DNA of 63,585 nt, the filler included, from Collodictyon triciliatum (lineage: Eukaryota): assembly GCA_043381765.1 (NCBI GenBank). It is 6 parts of 6 records of this genome, joined end to end, with 100 filler letters (N's around TTAATTAATTAA, not from the genome) between each part and the next. Parts side by side here need not be neighbours in the genome. Positions count along the whole stretch, not along the records: positions 1 to 13,548 come from JBHJMP010001968.1; positions 13,649 to 27,191 come from JBHJMP010001969.1; 4 more parts are not named here. The stretch is one strand, 5' to 3'. Positions 1-20,693 of the stretch are shown here, piece by piece. The position numbers were made by a program, and so were the translations under genes. The notes under the pieces are model-generated. The model saw only the letters and a list, made by a program, of their open reading frames with translations, searched no databases and was not told where the DNA came from. How positions within the stretch are numbered: position 1 is the first letter of the stretch; each line of letters opens with the position of its first letter.

Positions 1-97
1 TTTTCTTTTCTTTTCTTTTCTTTTCTTTTCTTTTCTTTTCTTTTCTTTTCTTTTCTTTTCTTTTCTTTTCTTTTCTTTTCTTTTCTTTTCTTTTCTT
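1..97. repeat. (TTTTC)n microsatellite
   Basis: Perfect TTTTC pentamer array from the window start. Confidence 0.97.
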
Positions 98-405
98 GTT
101 CTCTTTCTGAACGTTTTGATCATTCCCATCATTTTGATCAATCTTGATGGAGTTCGGTTGTGTTTGATTAAATATAAATGTGGAAAATATAATGTGTAGG
201 ATTCCTTAAAATAAAATGCTGGCAAAAGAGTCAAAATGAAGTGCGCCGCAACAGTTTCAAATATAAATAGATAGCAATATAACTTAGCAATCATAAAGTT
301 ACAACCAACTGTCTACAATCTGTACACTCACCAGTTGCGCACTTTTCACACGACAGATGTGTAGTTCTTGCCTTTGTGGAAATTACACCTTTTAGTCCCA
401 GGCAG

Positions 406-430
406 ATTCCCGAATGTGCTAGAAGCTTTC
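406..430 (+). promoter_or_regulatory. Putative heat-shock element upstream of STI1
   Basis: In-register pentamers aTTCc-cGAAt-gTGCt-aGAAg-cTTTc (alternating nTTCn/nGAAn, two imperfect) about 220 nt upstream of the ATG of a heat-inducible co-chaperone gene. Confidence 0.45.
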
Positions 431-647
431 TCGCAGCTTCTGTGGTGCACCAAAGATAAAAACAACAACATATATGCGCCCCAGAACCCCGAAATTTTCT
501 CCATAGTCTCTAGAATCGATCAAACAACGCACCCGGAGGTTCGAATCCCGGACGACGCAGCGGCGCCAACTTCTCACACACAAACACCCAACAGATCAGC
601 CCCACAGAAGACCCCCCACCAACCACCCCGAGAGAAGAGAACAAAGC

Positions 648-3600
648 ATGTCTTCCGATCAGGTTCTTTCTTACTTCGCTTCAAGCTCCCCATTCTTTTC
701 TGCTCTATACGCGCAACTCTGTCGTTGCCGATAGTGCCTTCCAAAGACTTTGGAATACCCAGAGACCCTGAATCCTGTACACTCACGCCTCCAAACGGAC
801 AGCAGTCGCGAATGGCAAAACAAAACAGCAAAGCGAAGCAAAACGAAACAAAACATAACCGAACAAAACAAACCTCAGTTGAAAGCCCTGGGAAATGCCG
901 CCTTCAGCGAAGGAAAGTTCCAGGAAGCAGCCGACCTCTTTACAAAGGCCATAGCCGTCGATCCTCAAAACCACGGTATGTCGAAACGCCATACTATTCA
1001 CTCCTCGACCAACTTACTCTTCAACTTCTCGCTACCAACAGTGGTTCCGGAGTCCAAACTCCTTTACTCACTCTGCCTTTGCCATAGTCCTTTACAGTAA
1101 TCGGTCTGGTGCGTACGCTTCTCTCAAGCAGTTCGCCAAGGCGCTTGAGGATGCCAACAAAACTGTCTCTCTTAAATCTGACTGGCCGAAGGTAATGTCC
1201 TCGTTGTACCATCATCCTGTACCCCTCTCCTGCCCGTAGTTACTTATCCAGTCTACTCTCAACGATCGCTTATTTCTTTCACAGCCACCATATCGTGCCG
1301 AATTCAAATCAAATTACTATCTCAAGCCTTTCATACTCTCTCCACTGCCATTCACTCACATATCCTCTCTCTCCCCAGGGCTATTCTCGCAAAGCCACTG
1401 CTCTCCAGGGACTTGGAAAGCTGGAAGAAGCCACTGAAGCTCTCAAGGAAGGTATTTAATAGCATATACAAATCCTATAGCAAACATAAAATCATTCCTT
1501 CGTTCATTTTCCAACCATTTCTCTCCACCCATACGCATATACGTGAGCCTAAGTTGCGACATAAGGAAAATGCCTGAGTTCTTTACAAACATAAATCAGG
1601 CCTCAAGGTCGATCCATCCAATCAGTCCATGAAAGAATCCCTGAGCGAAATTGAAGCTGAAATGAACAGAGCAGCAGGTATCACATCTTTTCTCCCATCT
1701 ATGCTCTCTGGGTCATCATCTCACCTCCTCAAGACTGGAGCGCACCAGTGTTAGGTGTAATAATTTTTTTTTTCACGACACCGTTCACCAACAGCAAATC
1801 CCTTTGGCAAAATCTTTGGGCCGGACATGTGGGCTAAGTTGGCCTCAAATCCCAAAACCAAGGCATATCTATCCCAGCCTGACTTCGTTCAGAAACTAAA
1901 CGCAATCCAGGCAAATCCTCAACTCATGAACTCGTACGTTAATCTATCGAACCTTTCTGTGTCGCTACCACTAAACCTATCATCACTGCCCCTTCAAGTA
2001 GACATACAAGCTGAATACTCATTTTCAACTATCCTTTATGCAAAGATTCCTCCAAGACCCGAGAATCATGGAAACCTTTGGTGTTTTACTGGGTGTCAAT
2101 ATGTCCGGCTCTAGCGGATATGATGATGATGATGATGTTGTACCCAAAGCTGGTGAATCTGCTCCAGCCTCGAAATCTGCTGAACCTGCAAAGTCTGAGC
2201 CTAAGACTGAGTCCAAGCCCAAGCCCGAACTGGTTCCAGAGCCAGAAGAAGACGAGGAGATGGATGAAGAGGAAGCTGAACGAAAGAAAAAGAAGGTACA
2301 GAACTTAGAAAAAGGCCAACAGATCTGTACACTGCACTATTAATGCTCCTAACTATCAATCCCCTCATGCCAAGCCTTCTTATTAATCACATCATATTCG
2401 CATTCTTTTGAAACAATCCAGACTCTTGCTGTTGAAGCCAAGCAAAAGGGTAACGATTTCTACAAGAAGCGTCAGTTCACTGAGGCCATTGAACAATATA
2501 CGGTCGCAGTTGAGAACGACCCCACAGAAATCACATACTTTACCAACCGCGCAGGTGAAGCTCTCTCCTTTTTTTTTTTTTTATCGAAAAAAATCGAGAT
2601 GCATGACCCATACAAAATCAAAATCCTGGAGAACCCAAGTGCTAACTGTAAATATTTCCATCATCCATTTTTGTGATTACTTACTATTTTTCTTTCTTTC
2701 CTCTATGGCCTAATTTCCCCCCGGTTTTCATGGCGCAGCCGTCTACTTTGAAACAAAGGAATACGAAAAATGTATCGCCGATTGCGAAAAAGGCATCGAA
2801 GTCGGGCGCTCTGCTCGTGCCGACTACTCTCTGATCGCAAAGTGTGCATCCTACATATGCCCTCTTCTCTATTTTTCTTTTCCCTTCCCTCTCTTTGTCT
2901 TCCCAATTAACCATGCACATATTCATTTATACAGTACCTTCAATCTAGACGTTATTAACATATCATCCATCCCAATCTGAAGGGCCTATACTCGCATTGG
3001 AAACGCTTATGTTCAACTGGAGCAACTTGGAGAAGCCATCAAATTCTTTAACAAGTCCCTCTCTGAAAACCGCTCCCCTGATGTTCTTAAGCGCCTAAAG
3101 GAGGTAAAATCACCGCATAAGCTCTGAAACAAGACCCTTTTCAAACATCCACTCAATTCCAGCCTATATGACTCAGAAGCACATACTTATTTTCCCAAAT
3201 AGGTCGAAAAGCTGAAGGAGCAGAAAGAACGTGATGCATACATCGACCCCGTCAAATCACAAGAGGAGAAGCAGAAAGGAAATGACTTCTTCAAGCAAGG
3301 AAAGAACCCAGAGGCTGTCGCGCACTACTCAGAAGCCATCAAGAGAAACCCCAAGGACCATGTTCTCTACAGCAACCGGTACGGTAAATTCCCTCGACCT
3401 CCAGCCTTTCTCTGAGGGTGTCGCGCTCTATCCCATCAGAACCTCTCGCATGAACCCTAATACCACCAGAGCTTTCATCCTAATACGTAAACAAAAACTT
3501 ACTGTGGCGCGGTGTTCCAACATTTAGCGCTGCTGCATACACAAAGCTCGGTGAGTACCGCCTGGGACTGCAGGATGCCGAAGAGTGCATCAAGATGGAG

Positions 3601-4651
3601 CCAACCTTTAGTAAGAAACACACACGCAATGATTCTCCATGTTCATCCCCCCTTCTGCTTCTTTTATCGACATCCCACAGACATCACCATCCTATCCATT
3701 CGCCCCATTTTTTTCTTTACGAACTCGCGCATATGCTTAATTACAAACTACGTTTTTAATATCTGGAGGCTCCTTTATCCCATCATCTTTCCCGTCTAAG
3801 CCAAGCTACCCTAAGCAAAGCAAGCCAAACGCCAAACATCACAACCCAACTACAAAATCTAAAAACGGAGCAAAATAAATATAAACCAGACAAGGCCTGG
3901 ATTCGCAAGGCACACTGCCTGTACTTCCTGAAGGACTACCAGAAGGCCCTGGAAGCATACGACCACGTCCTCAAGACAGACCCCAACAACGAGGAGGTTG
4001 TCTCTGGAGTCCAGCGCACTCTGGATGCCATGAATGCACCTGCTGCTGGTGGGGACTCTGAGGAGGAGGTCATGAAGCGCGCATCCCGCGACCCCGAAGT
4101 TCAGGTGCGGGTCACACAACGCCTCATTAAAAGAAAAAAGAAAAAAGAAGAAAAAATATTGATATGAAATGTTTTTTTTTTTTAATATCGCATCCAACTC
4201 ACCGATCTTGAAAGCCCGACAACGACACACGCATGGCCATGTATCTTGCCCTTACCAGACTATTTTACTTTCTTGAATACCAACCCAATCACAGGCCATC
4301 CTGTCAGACCCCAGCTTCCGCATCATTCTGCAGCAGATTCAGGAGAACCCGCGCGGCAGCCAAGAGTATGTTTCTTTTTTCCTTTCTCATCAATCCTGTC
4401 GGATTCTTCCCCTTTCCATTTCATCACACAACCCGGCTCCAAGAGAAAAAAAAAACAGTAAAGAAAAGGGGAATCACCGCGTATTGCCCTTCCACTCGAC
4501 TCTGTCAAACCAACATACAAACTCCTTGTGTCCGACAAAGAACTCACGCCAGCCACACCCATAACAACACACACACAGGTATCTGCGTGACCCGGAAATC
4601 GCCCGCAAGATTCAGAAGCTGATTTCTGTCGGCATCATCAAGACAAAGTAA
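648..4651 (+). CDS. STI1: Hsp70/Hsp90 organizing protein STI1/HOP (TPR1-DP1-TPR2A-TPR2B-DP2), multi-exon
   Basis: Exon 1 (648-662, MSSDQ) splices via GT..AG (663-878) to [32 protein letters not shown]. Later exons give [23 protein letters not shown]1 [51 protein letters not shown] and DP2 DPEVQAILSDP...[13 protein letters not shown]. Confidence 0.96.
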
Positions 4652-4979
4652 AAGCCCCTGCATGCCTCAAACCCTGCCCAGTGTCCCCGCAGACTCCTCC
4701 GCCCTCTGCTCGCGCTCTCTTCCCATCTTCATCACTGTTACCTCTCGTCCCCCACCTTTCCCTGCGTCCCGACTTCTCGCTTTGAAAGTGTTCAGCGTAC
4801 CACAGCCCTGTCCATGAGGGTTTTTTTTTTTACCTTCCTCGTTCCCTGCGACAACGCTGCGAATCGCACGATGGCCGAACATGAATAAAAAATGAAAAAT
4901 AGAAAACGCAAGAACCTCGAAGATGGATTCAGGTTTGTGGTTATTTTTTTTATCCCCACTGCGGTTGGGATCCAGAAGC

Positions 4980-5051
4980 GGCTCTATGGTGTAACGGTTA
5001 GCACTCTGGACTTTGAATCCAGCAATCGCAGTTCAAATCTGCGTAGGGTCA
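4980..5051 (+). tRNA. tRNA-Gln(TTG)
   Basis: Acceptor stem GGCTCTA/TAGGGTC, D arm GGTGTAACGGTTAGCACT, anticodon arm CTGGA-CTTTGAA-TCCAG, T arm CGCAG-TTCAAAT-CTGCG, followed by an oligo-T Pol III terminator. Confidence 0.96.
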
Positions 5052-5053
5052 GA

Positions 5054-5063
5054 TTTTTTTTTT
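5054..5063 (+). terminator. RNA Pol III oligo-T terminator of tRNA-Gln
   Basis: Run of 10 T beginning 3 nt after the tRNA discriminator base. Confidence 0.8.
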
Positions 5064-5608
5064 GCAATATTTTCTGTTTTCCAGACTTGGAACTCCCCTT
5101 TTCCCTAATTCTGGGTTGGATCCAATCTGGATGATCTAATCAGCGGCGGATAAGAAGGCTTGCGGTGTGGCTTCCGCGCGTGTTGGCGCTTGATGCGAGG
5201 ACACCTTTTTCTTTTCTTTTCTTTCTTTCCCTCACCATTATACCGTGGTCTCAAAGTAGATTTCGCAGATGTTTGGAACAAAGAACGCCCGCGCTTCCTC
5301 GTCCGGATACAGCCCGCCAAATGGTTTTCTTTTTCCCTCTCAAGGATCACATACACTAACGATTTCCACCGCCCTGTGGGCTTCGCATTTGCGTGTGTTT
5401 TCATCGTCCTTCTTTCCTCTCTTTTTCTTGCTCCGTTGCATGGGCGGCCTATTCTGGCAAGCTTTCTTTTTCCAAGGAATCAGACAAACCATAGACCATC
5501 CCAACCTCTTGTATAATTTTTCTCTTTTCTTTTCTTTCCTTTATTTTTCTCTTGTATAATTTTTCTCTTTTCTTTTCTTTTCTTTTCTTTTCAATAACCA
5601 ATTGAAGT

Positions 5609-13097
<7,489 letters not shown>

Positions 13098-13409
13098 CAC
13101 ACTCCAGAAATAGACGGCTTAGACGAATGTTCAAAATAGTCTGGATTCGAGCAACCCACCCAGATCAACCACCAATAAACCAGCCGGGTAGCGGATTCAC
13201 ACTCGTCTCTCTGGTTTGCAAGCACACGGGTTTTGGCCGTTCTGATGTATTTTCGCAGGGAGCAACAAACAATCATTTCTTTCCTTCGCCCGACCCTGCT
13301 TGGCCGGGCCTCTCTAACGCTTTGCAGCCACTCGAGCTGCGATCATTCAGAAAACAGAATATTTGCTAGCACTTAAGTCTTTTCCTTTCCGGCGATCCTT
13401 GGCTAACCT

Positions 13410-13737
13410 AAAAAAACAAAAAACAAATAACAAAAAACAAATAACAAATAACAAAAAACAAAAAACAAAAAACAAAAAACAAAAAACAAAAAACAAAAAA
13501 CAAAAAACAAAAAACAAAAAACAAAAAACAAAAAACAAAAAACAAAAANNNNNNNNNNNNNNNNNNNNNNNNNNNNNNNNNNNNNNNNNNNNTTAATTAA
13601 TTAANNNNNNNNNNNNNNNNNNNNNNNNNNNNNNNNNNNNNNNNNNNNTTTTTGTTTTTTGTTTTTTGTTTTTTGTTTTTTGTTTTTTGTTTTTTGTTTT
13701 TTGTTTTTTGTTTTTTGTTTTTTGTTTTTTTGTTTTT
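13410..13737. repeat. (AAAAAAC)n and (GTTTTTT)n arrays flanking an assembly gap
   Basis: Heptamer arrays in opposite orientation on each side of the N/linker block 13549-13648. Confidence 0.88.
13593..13604. other. Artificial contig-joining linker TTAATTAATTAA (also at 27236, 40877, 54513, 61071)
   Basis: Identical palindromic 12-mer with stops in all six frames, each centred in a 100-nt N block. Confidence 0.92.
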
Positions 13738-14105
13738 CTTTTTTTACTTCTGCTCAACGATTCGTTGAAGAAAAAATCGCTAGTATTACATTTGTGGAAT
13801 TTAAGATATATGTCTTAAAACAGTGTCAATCTGTATTCGAGCTTTATGCAAATATGAAATTCTAGTAATGCACTGAACCGCAAATATGACAACATCATGG
13901 TAATGCCCCTTAACACCCACTCTCCGAAAATCCCGCAATACATGACAAGCAAACACGCCGTGGGGTTGTATTTAAATGTCTTGATAATCAATCGACGCCA
14001 TTCATTATTTCGCCTGGCGCCAGCACGACGTCTCACAGGGGAAGCTGATCTGAGAATGGTGCAGTGTGATCTCACGCAAGAACCAAATAGTTGCAAAGAT
14101 CAGAG

Positions 14106-16635
14106 ATGTGCATTCTGTGCCAGCTGAAGCAGCACCTTGCAGCCGCCGCCACAGACGCCTACGGCTACCCAGAGGATGAGGATCAAGGTTTCGAGTCGGC
14201 AGCCGAAGACACATATTTCTACATGCTCGCTCAGACAGAGAGCGGCGAAAAGCGGCTCGTGAAAGTGCGACAGTCTCTCGAGTCACACATGCAAAGGGCA
14301 ATCTCGACCGACCAGTCATCAAGCGGAATGGGCTCTGGCATACGCAACGAAGGAAATACTTGCTACGCAAACAGGTTTCCCTCAAGATCGACAACATTCA
14401 TTCACTCTTCACGCGCATTTTTCCCCGCCCTATCATTATGATGATTTTTTTTGTAACTCCCTATCCAAGATACAAAATAACCATTCTAAACTCTGAGAGA
14501 ATGGTTCAATCCGAATCGTTTTTATTTGGCGCTGTATAAAATAAATATCTTGTCTATGCTCTTTTTTTTTTTAAATGTCCCTTGTATATTTTGTGTTTCT
14601 TCTTCACGCAGCTACTTGCAAGTTCTCTCGCACACAAGAAATTTTGCAGATGCTATTATTTCTGAGAGGTTTGAGGCCAGTGCAGGTAGGTCCCAATAGC
14701 TATCCATTTTGAATGGTTTATTCAAGTTAACCCATTTTCTTGCATAGATTTCCCCCATTTCCGTTAGTTATAAATGCCAAGCGATTAAGCTTCATGTACA
14801 TAATAGCTTCTTCGTTCCGGGTTATCTCTCATTTAGGAATGATATTGAGAAGAATGTCTGAAAATCAAGCTGTTCACTCAACCATGGATTTAAGAAGGGT
14901 GATAACATTTATTTTCTCGCACACTCGCCCGAGAATTTATTTTAGCTATCAAAACTTTTAACTTTACTCAAACTGAAATACTCATCATGCTCCCAGTCCA
15001 TCAGCGAAAGCTTTTGTCGGGGCGAGCAAATGGATGCACACGAATTTGCCATGTGAGAGATTGATTTTTTTTTTTTTTTTGCGCATATATGCCAGATTAA
15101 TTGATATCCGACCCACTCCAGCTTTTATTACAGCTTCCTATCTTGATATGACATGTGTTACTATCTTCCAAGAAATTCAAAAGTTTACGCATAATTTCGG
15201 AAAATTAGGCAGATGCTTAATTGCATTCAAGAGGAAGCCACTAAGGCAGGTGTTTGGCAAAAGTACAGGAATTTGTTTCATTTTTCTATGAAGTTGTCCA
15301 AGCAATGTTTTGGATGCTTTCAGACAAGAAGCCAAACAGTAAGTAGACCCAATTTTTAACCAATGATAACGCCATCGAACACATCCTTTTCCTCTGCGTG
15401 TTTATAATGATAGTTATGTCTATGATTATAGATGAATTGTAGTGATATCACCATCGGTCCTGTGACAAGAGACGGTACATAAAACTCTAGTGAAGTGTCA
15501 AAACAAAAAAATAGGTCATTAATTTGAAAGTGTAAATAAAACCAACCTTACATTTAGGACAAACGGTGAGAGAGTTGATTGAAAATATGATTGAAGGGAG
15601 AAGATTAGAGGGCGGCCACCGATTGCCTTGTGACACTTGTAAGGATAAAAAGATTGGCCAAGAGGTGGGTATACTCATTTTCAAATCACTTTTGAATTAA
15701 CTTCGCTAAAAATTATGGACAATTTATGCGTAACCACTCCTCTTTTTATCCACATTCCACTCCGTCAATCTCATTTTCTTTGGTGACACGCGCACAAACG
15801 GTAAATCATTTTATTACAGTTTATCAAATTCATGGAAACGCCGGAGTATCTGCAAGTTCTTGTTCACAGACTATCACCAGACCCAGTTAGCGGCTCGGTT
15901 GTCATGACGAACCGTAAATTATCGATCAACCATCACATCAGCATCCGTTCTGAAAGTGCTGAGCGCGAAACTATTAGTTTGTTTTCAATCACCACTCTAA
16001 TCGACATTAATGTTAATCTGAGATACACCAGCACAATTTCTTTCGATAGTTACATTAACCCAAAATCCCACAAAAAACAGCCACGGTCTACACTCTGTAC
16101 GCAGTTATTGTTCGTCGTGGTATAAACCTTCAGTTTGGCCATTATATCACCTTCGCCCGAAACAGTTTCTTCGACCCTGAGCGAGGCGTTGATGTCCGAT
16201 TGAATGTAGAAGATGCTAGAAGAATATTGGAGAATGAGCAAAGTAAAATTCATCCTTTCCTTTCCTTTCCTTTCTGTTCTATTTTCTTTTCATATCTTGT
16301 CCATTCAACGTCAAATCTAAGGAGTGGTCGAGTTTTACTCACTCATAATGAATGCAACTATGAGAAATCCACGCTTTTACTCCTAGACATTATACGGAGT
16401 GCAATATTCACATTGTCGTGGCGACCATTAGTCATTGAAGCATATTCGAAACACGCTAGATTCTGTCTGGAACTATCTCGATGACACAGACATTGGTCAG
16501 GTGCGATGGTACCAGCTGCAAAATATGCTTGACAAGCAGTCTGAGATCTTCCCGTTCATGCTCTTCTACAAAAAGCGAACCTACCAGCGTAAGGGAACCG
16601 CAACACACCCCAGCGATAGTCACACATATCGATAA
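14106..16635 (+). CDS. Ubiquitin-specific protease (USP / peptidase C19), multi-exon
   Basis: Cys box GIRNEGNTCYANS-YLQVL (~14338-14620), QMDAHEF, finger CDTC, His box YTLYAVIVRRGINLQFGHYITFAR (~16090-16160), WNYLDD and PFMLFYKKR. Confidence 0.88.
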
Positions 16636-17037
16636 CGATAGAGGGCTACTAGCATTATGTGCATACCTTTTTACACGCTTATTTACCTCCTTATTACCGC
16701 ACTAATTTTTCTAGCGGTGGACGCTCAGTGAGCCAGCATGGTGCCAGCCCATCCCCGAATAAACCTAAGCCAAGCCACTCGGCCAACACGTGCGCTTTGT
16801 CTCGCCAAGGCTGCTGCCCCATTCCGCCCTGAGTCACCCCATCGAAAGATTCCGAGAAAAACAAAGCATGTGGAATTTATCTACACCCGGTGCGCCGAAT
16901 TTCTTGGATATCGCTCTGATTGGGCCAACCACCGATCGAAACGAGTCAGCAGGCGCGCGACTCTTTTTTTTTTTTTTTTTCTCTACTCCGCCCAAAAGTC
17001 ACCGCCGTTACCAAACCACCCAAGGTCTCGCTTCCCC

Positions 17038-20000
17038 ATGGCCAGAAGAGAAACGTTCGTGCAAAGACTAGTCCCGTGTATTGCGCTGTGTATCTCGGTG
17101 CTTCTGTTGGCGCTGCCAGCAACGGGTATGTGATGTTTCTTTTTTCTGCTCCGTTTTATTTTCTGTCTCATGGATCCAGGTTGCAAATAATCGCTTGCTC
17201 GGCATTGAAATTAATGTGTGTATGTATATGTCATGTAGAGGCCCAACACGCTTGTGTGAAATACACCGGTGATGTCTGTCGTGGGCTGTTTTCGACAGAT
17301 GTCAGCATCCCAGCAGGTTCTTCGACCTTGTCTAATTCCTTTTATCAGTCCTATGTACATTCGCGCTGCTGCTTTGCTTGATAGTTTAGCTCTGCGCCAT
17401 TCAACGATTTTAGGGAAGACGCTCAGTATGTTGGAAAACTCGCTCTTTATTTACAGAAAAAGAGCTCTGGCCGTTTCATTCATGTATCCAGACTGTTATC
17501 AGGTGTGGCAAAATCAACCATACCGAGCATTTTCCTTTCTCACCTCTGATGCATTTGACCTACTATTTACTTGCGCCTTATAGTCTATGCTGGCCTTTCT
17601 GTGCACATTCACTTTTTCTCCTTGCTCGAATGACACGTTGGTTCCACTGCCCACGCCACCATGCAAGTGAGAAAAATCTCTCTCTTTTTTTTTAACTTCT
17701 GAAGAGGATTCTCTGACTAAAAAGTGATGATTAACTTTTGAACAGTTCCATGTGTACCGATGTCGAGCGCATTTGCCCCAGCTTCATTGCCGAAGAGCTT
17801 GGATTGACATGTGATATATTTCCTAACGAGATGACAACCTATCCCGTACCCATGGCTTGTTCTGTTCAGAATGCGGCTATGATATGTATTTTTTTTGTTT
17901 AAATAATGTCTACTTTAGACAGAAATTACATGGTGGATTTTTTTCTGCCAACAATAATCAGCCTCGTATCACCTCTTCATTTTGATGCGACTGCTTTATG
18001 ACTTGCGCACTTGTCCGGTTGACCCAATTGAACAATTTTTTCAGCATTGGGCCCATGTCCTGATGAGGACAAACTGGACCGCCACCCTGATACTCATGTT
18101 TGCACACTGAAATGTGATTATGACTATTACACACCATCCCAAGCAAGTCCACAAATAATATTTCAAATTTAATAGTTCCACCTCCTCCGATAGCGCCAAA
18201 ATATCAATTATTATTATTCTATAGCCACAACATAAATTTTTTGATTAAAGGAACTCTGAGACCCATAAAAAAGATGGAGGATCACCTTGATTTTTTCTAA
18301 TTTGTTTGTCTTAATTAAGGATTCCACCCTTTACACATTCAGCATAAGCGCATCCTTTATTTCGCTTTTTTCTTCATTTATTGTCTTCATAACCTGGACG
18401 ATATTCCCATTTAAGTACACGCACCCATCAAACATGGTGAGGGATCAATTACTTCAGCATTCCTCGCAACCCCGATTTTTTCTCTTTGAAATTTAATTTA
18501 ACACATAAGGTAATGAACATATCGATTGGTTCGATTGGATTGGGAGTAGCTCTTGTCATGAACCTCGCTCCGACAAATTCAATTCACTGTGTCGATTCGA
18601 TTACACCTGGTAAATAGCTTCGTTATTATTCTTTTGTGAGTACAAATTTTTCATGAAACGAGGGAAGTACAAAAAAAAAAAAAAAAGATTACTTGTCATA
18701 TTCCTAATTTTTACCAAAATTAGCGGACACTGACGTACCTGGATGTGGGATCCAAGGTGCGTAAACAGTCCAAAACTAAGAGAGATTTGGAGCATTATAT
18801 CTTCAGATTTTTAAAAAATCAAAATTTTCTTGCGTTTAAATCTCTAAAAGAATTCTCTGAAAAAAAATCATGAAAAGGTGCCCTCATTCATTTCTTTTCT
18901 CTTTCAATGGCCTGTTGGTGGTTATGTGTTGCTTTCAACCTTCATCAAATGATTGTCCGAAGGAACACTTCGTAAGGAACATACATTTCGGATTATTTTT
19001 TTTTTTTTGTGAATTTAAGGAGTCTTACATATGCACTGATTCTAATGAAAACATATTATGCAATAGGACTGTAAGGTTTCAAAAATACTACCACATATTT
19101 TCATGGGGGCTTCCAGCCTTGATGTGTATAATTGCCTTGTCGATTGACGCATACCAATATTCATCCACATCGTTCAAAGTGTATGCTTACATTCATATGA
19201 CGAGTTTTATTCTCGAAAGTCAGAGTATTTGCCTAATTTCAGATTGCTATGATTCTCAACAGGTGCTTCTTCAAGACATATCCACAAACAGATGGACTCT
19301 TTCTTGTTTGGTTTCTGATTTTTGGATTATGCGGAACTGCGTTGATATTCCACGTCTCTTATGAACTTTACCGAGTAAATTACCCAAAAATTCAGAAAAT
19401 TTTAATTCAATTTGGGCAGTAATATTTTTTGACGCTGCGTAATAATATCGATAAGTGTTTGTGTGGAGGCTCTTGATTTTTTTTTTTTAGATTACTAAAT
19501 GCACACCGCATCCTTCGTCTCGTTAGGCTCACGTTAAAATGCGTGGCGTGTCAAGTGTTGGGCACAATGTCTTCCGAGCGCAGGTGGCTATTGGGTGATA
19601 TATACACGTTCTTATAATAATTAAATATCCAGCGCAATTAACTCCAACGAAATGCCACTTCCATAATTATTTCGTCAGATACGCTCTTACATTTTCCTTG
19701 CGTACTACAATTGGATTGTCATATCTCTTGTGGCATTTTTGTACTATGTCAGAACGGTATATGTAAGTTAGCTATTTTTGAATATATCAATGCAAAGTGC
19801 ACACCACTAACTCTTTTTTTTTCTCACAAAACCCCTCAAAATGTCATCGCCACGAATAATGAGATACACCTAAATCTGATGCAATCTGGCATTTTTCATC
19901 GATTTCGCTGAAAAGCTAATACTCGAATATCAACCCTTCCTCATCACAGGAAGAAGGTGAGGACAGCCTCCTAATGTACTTCGAATGTGTGTATAGAAAT

Positions 20001-20693
20001 ACTGGGTCAGGCACTTTGCAATGCTCGTATACTCCTGCGGTTTCCTTCAAACTACTAACCTACACAGTTGTTGTCGTGTTTGGTCAGGTTTCCTTTTCTC
20101 CTTTTTTTCTTTTTCTTTTTCTTTTCTTTTTCCTTTCCTTTTTCCTTTCCTTTTTTCCTTTTCTCCTTTTTCTCCTTTTTCTCCTTTTTCTCCTTTTTCT
20201 CAGCATTCATATCGTATTGGCAGAAAAGCTGATTTTCAAAATATCGGCACCATCTAAACACGGCACCAATCAGGGTCTTCTGCTTTTCCTTACTTTCATG
20301 ACTACCAAAGATTCTATCATGTGTTGGAAATGCCTAATATTAGAAGGTCGCTTTGATTATGACCCTCGTTCAGCTCGCAAGTCCTTGAGGTTCGTGAACA
20401 CTCCGTATCCCTTACATTTTTGTTGCATTATTATGTTTCTGCCTTTTGTTTCCACTGTCCTCTACCGTTAGTTCAGCTACCGAATCCAACGAATAGTTTT
20501 AAATGGGAATATTCTTTTCATCAGTACAAATCGGTAATCAAATTTAAATGGACTTTGAAGTTCGTCTGATATCCGAAAGAGTACATCCAAGGGCGACAGA
20601 GATCTGAGGACTTCCACAACCAGGGAAGTAGATATGTCTGCAGCCCAGTTCGCAACATCGGAGGCCAAAGCATCTCTTGGGGTAGACGACTAA
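17038..20693 (+). CDS. Frizzled/Smoothened-like receptor 1 (signal peptide, Frizzled-type CRD, 7TM), multi-exon
   Basis: Signal peptide ALCISVLLLALPA; CRD with C..YTG.VC, DCYQSMLAFLCTFTFSPC, PTPPC.SMCTDVERICP; TM1 ..FIVFITWTIFPFKYTHPS; TM4 KYYHIFSWGLPAL; TM7 FGQGLLLFLTFMTTKDSIMCWK; ends ...SLGVDD*. Confidence 0.82.

Noticed and set aside
13549-13648. Recurring palindrome TTAATTAATTAA inside N blocks as a biological motif
   Set aside because: Same 12-mer centred in identical 100-nt N blocks five times; an assembly linker with six-frame stops.
13410-13737. Inverted heptamer arrays as transposon terminal inverted repeats or telomere fusion
   Set aside because: The arms lie on separate contigs joined by a linker, and the same heptamer occurs elsewhere (63509-63585) as a simple repeat.
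14106-16635. USP as the dedicated protease for the RGG site of the NLR-like protein
   Set aside because: About 25 kb away and separated by two artificial contig joins; nothing in the sequence links them.
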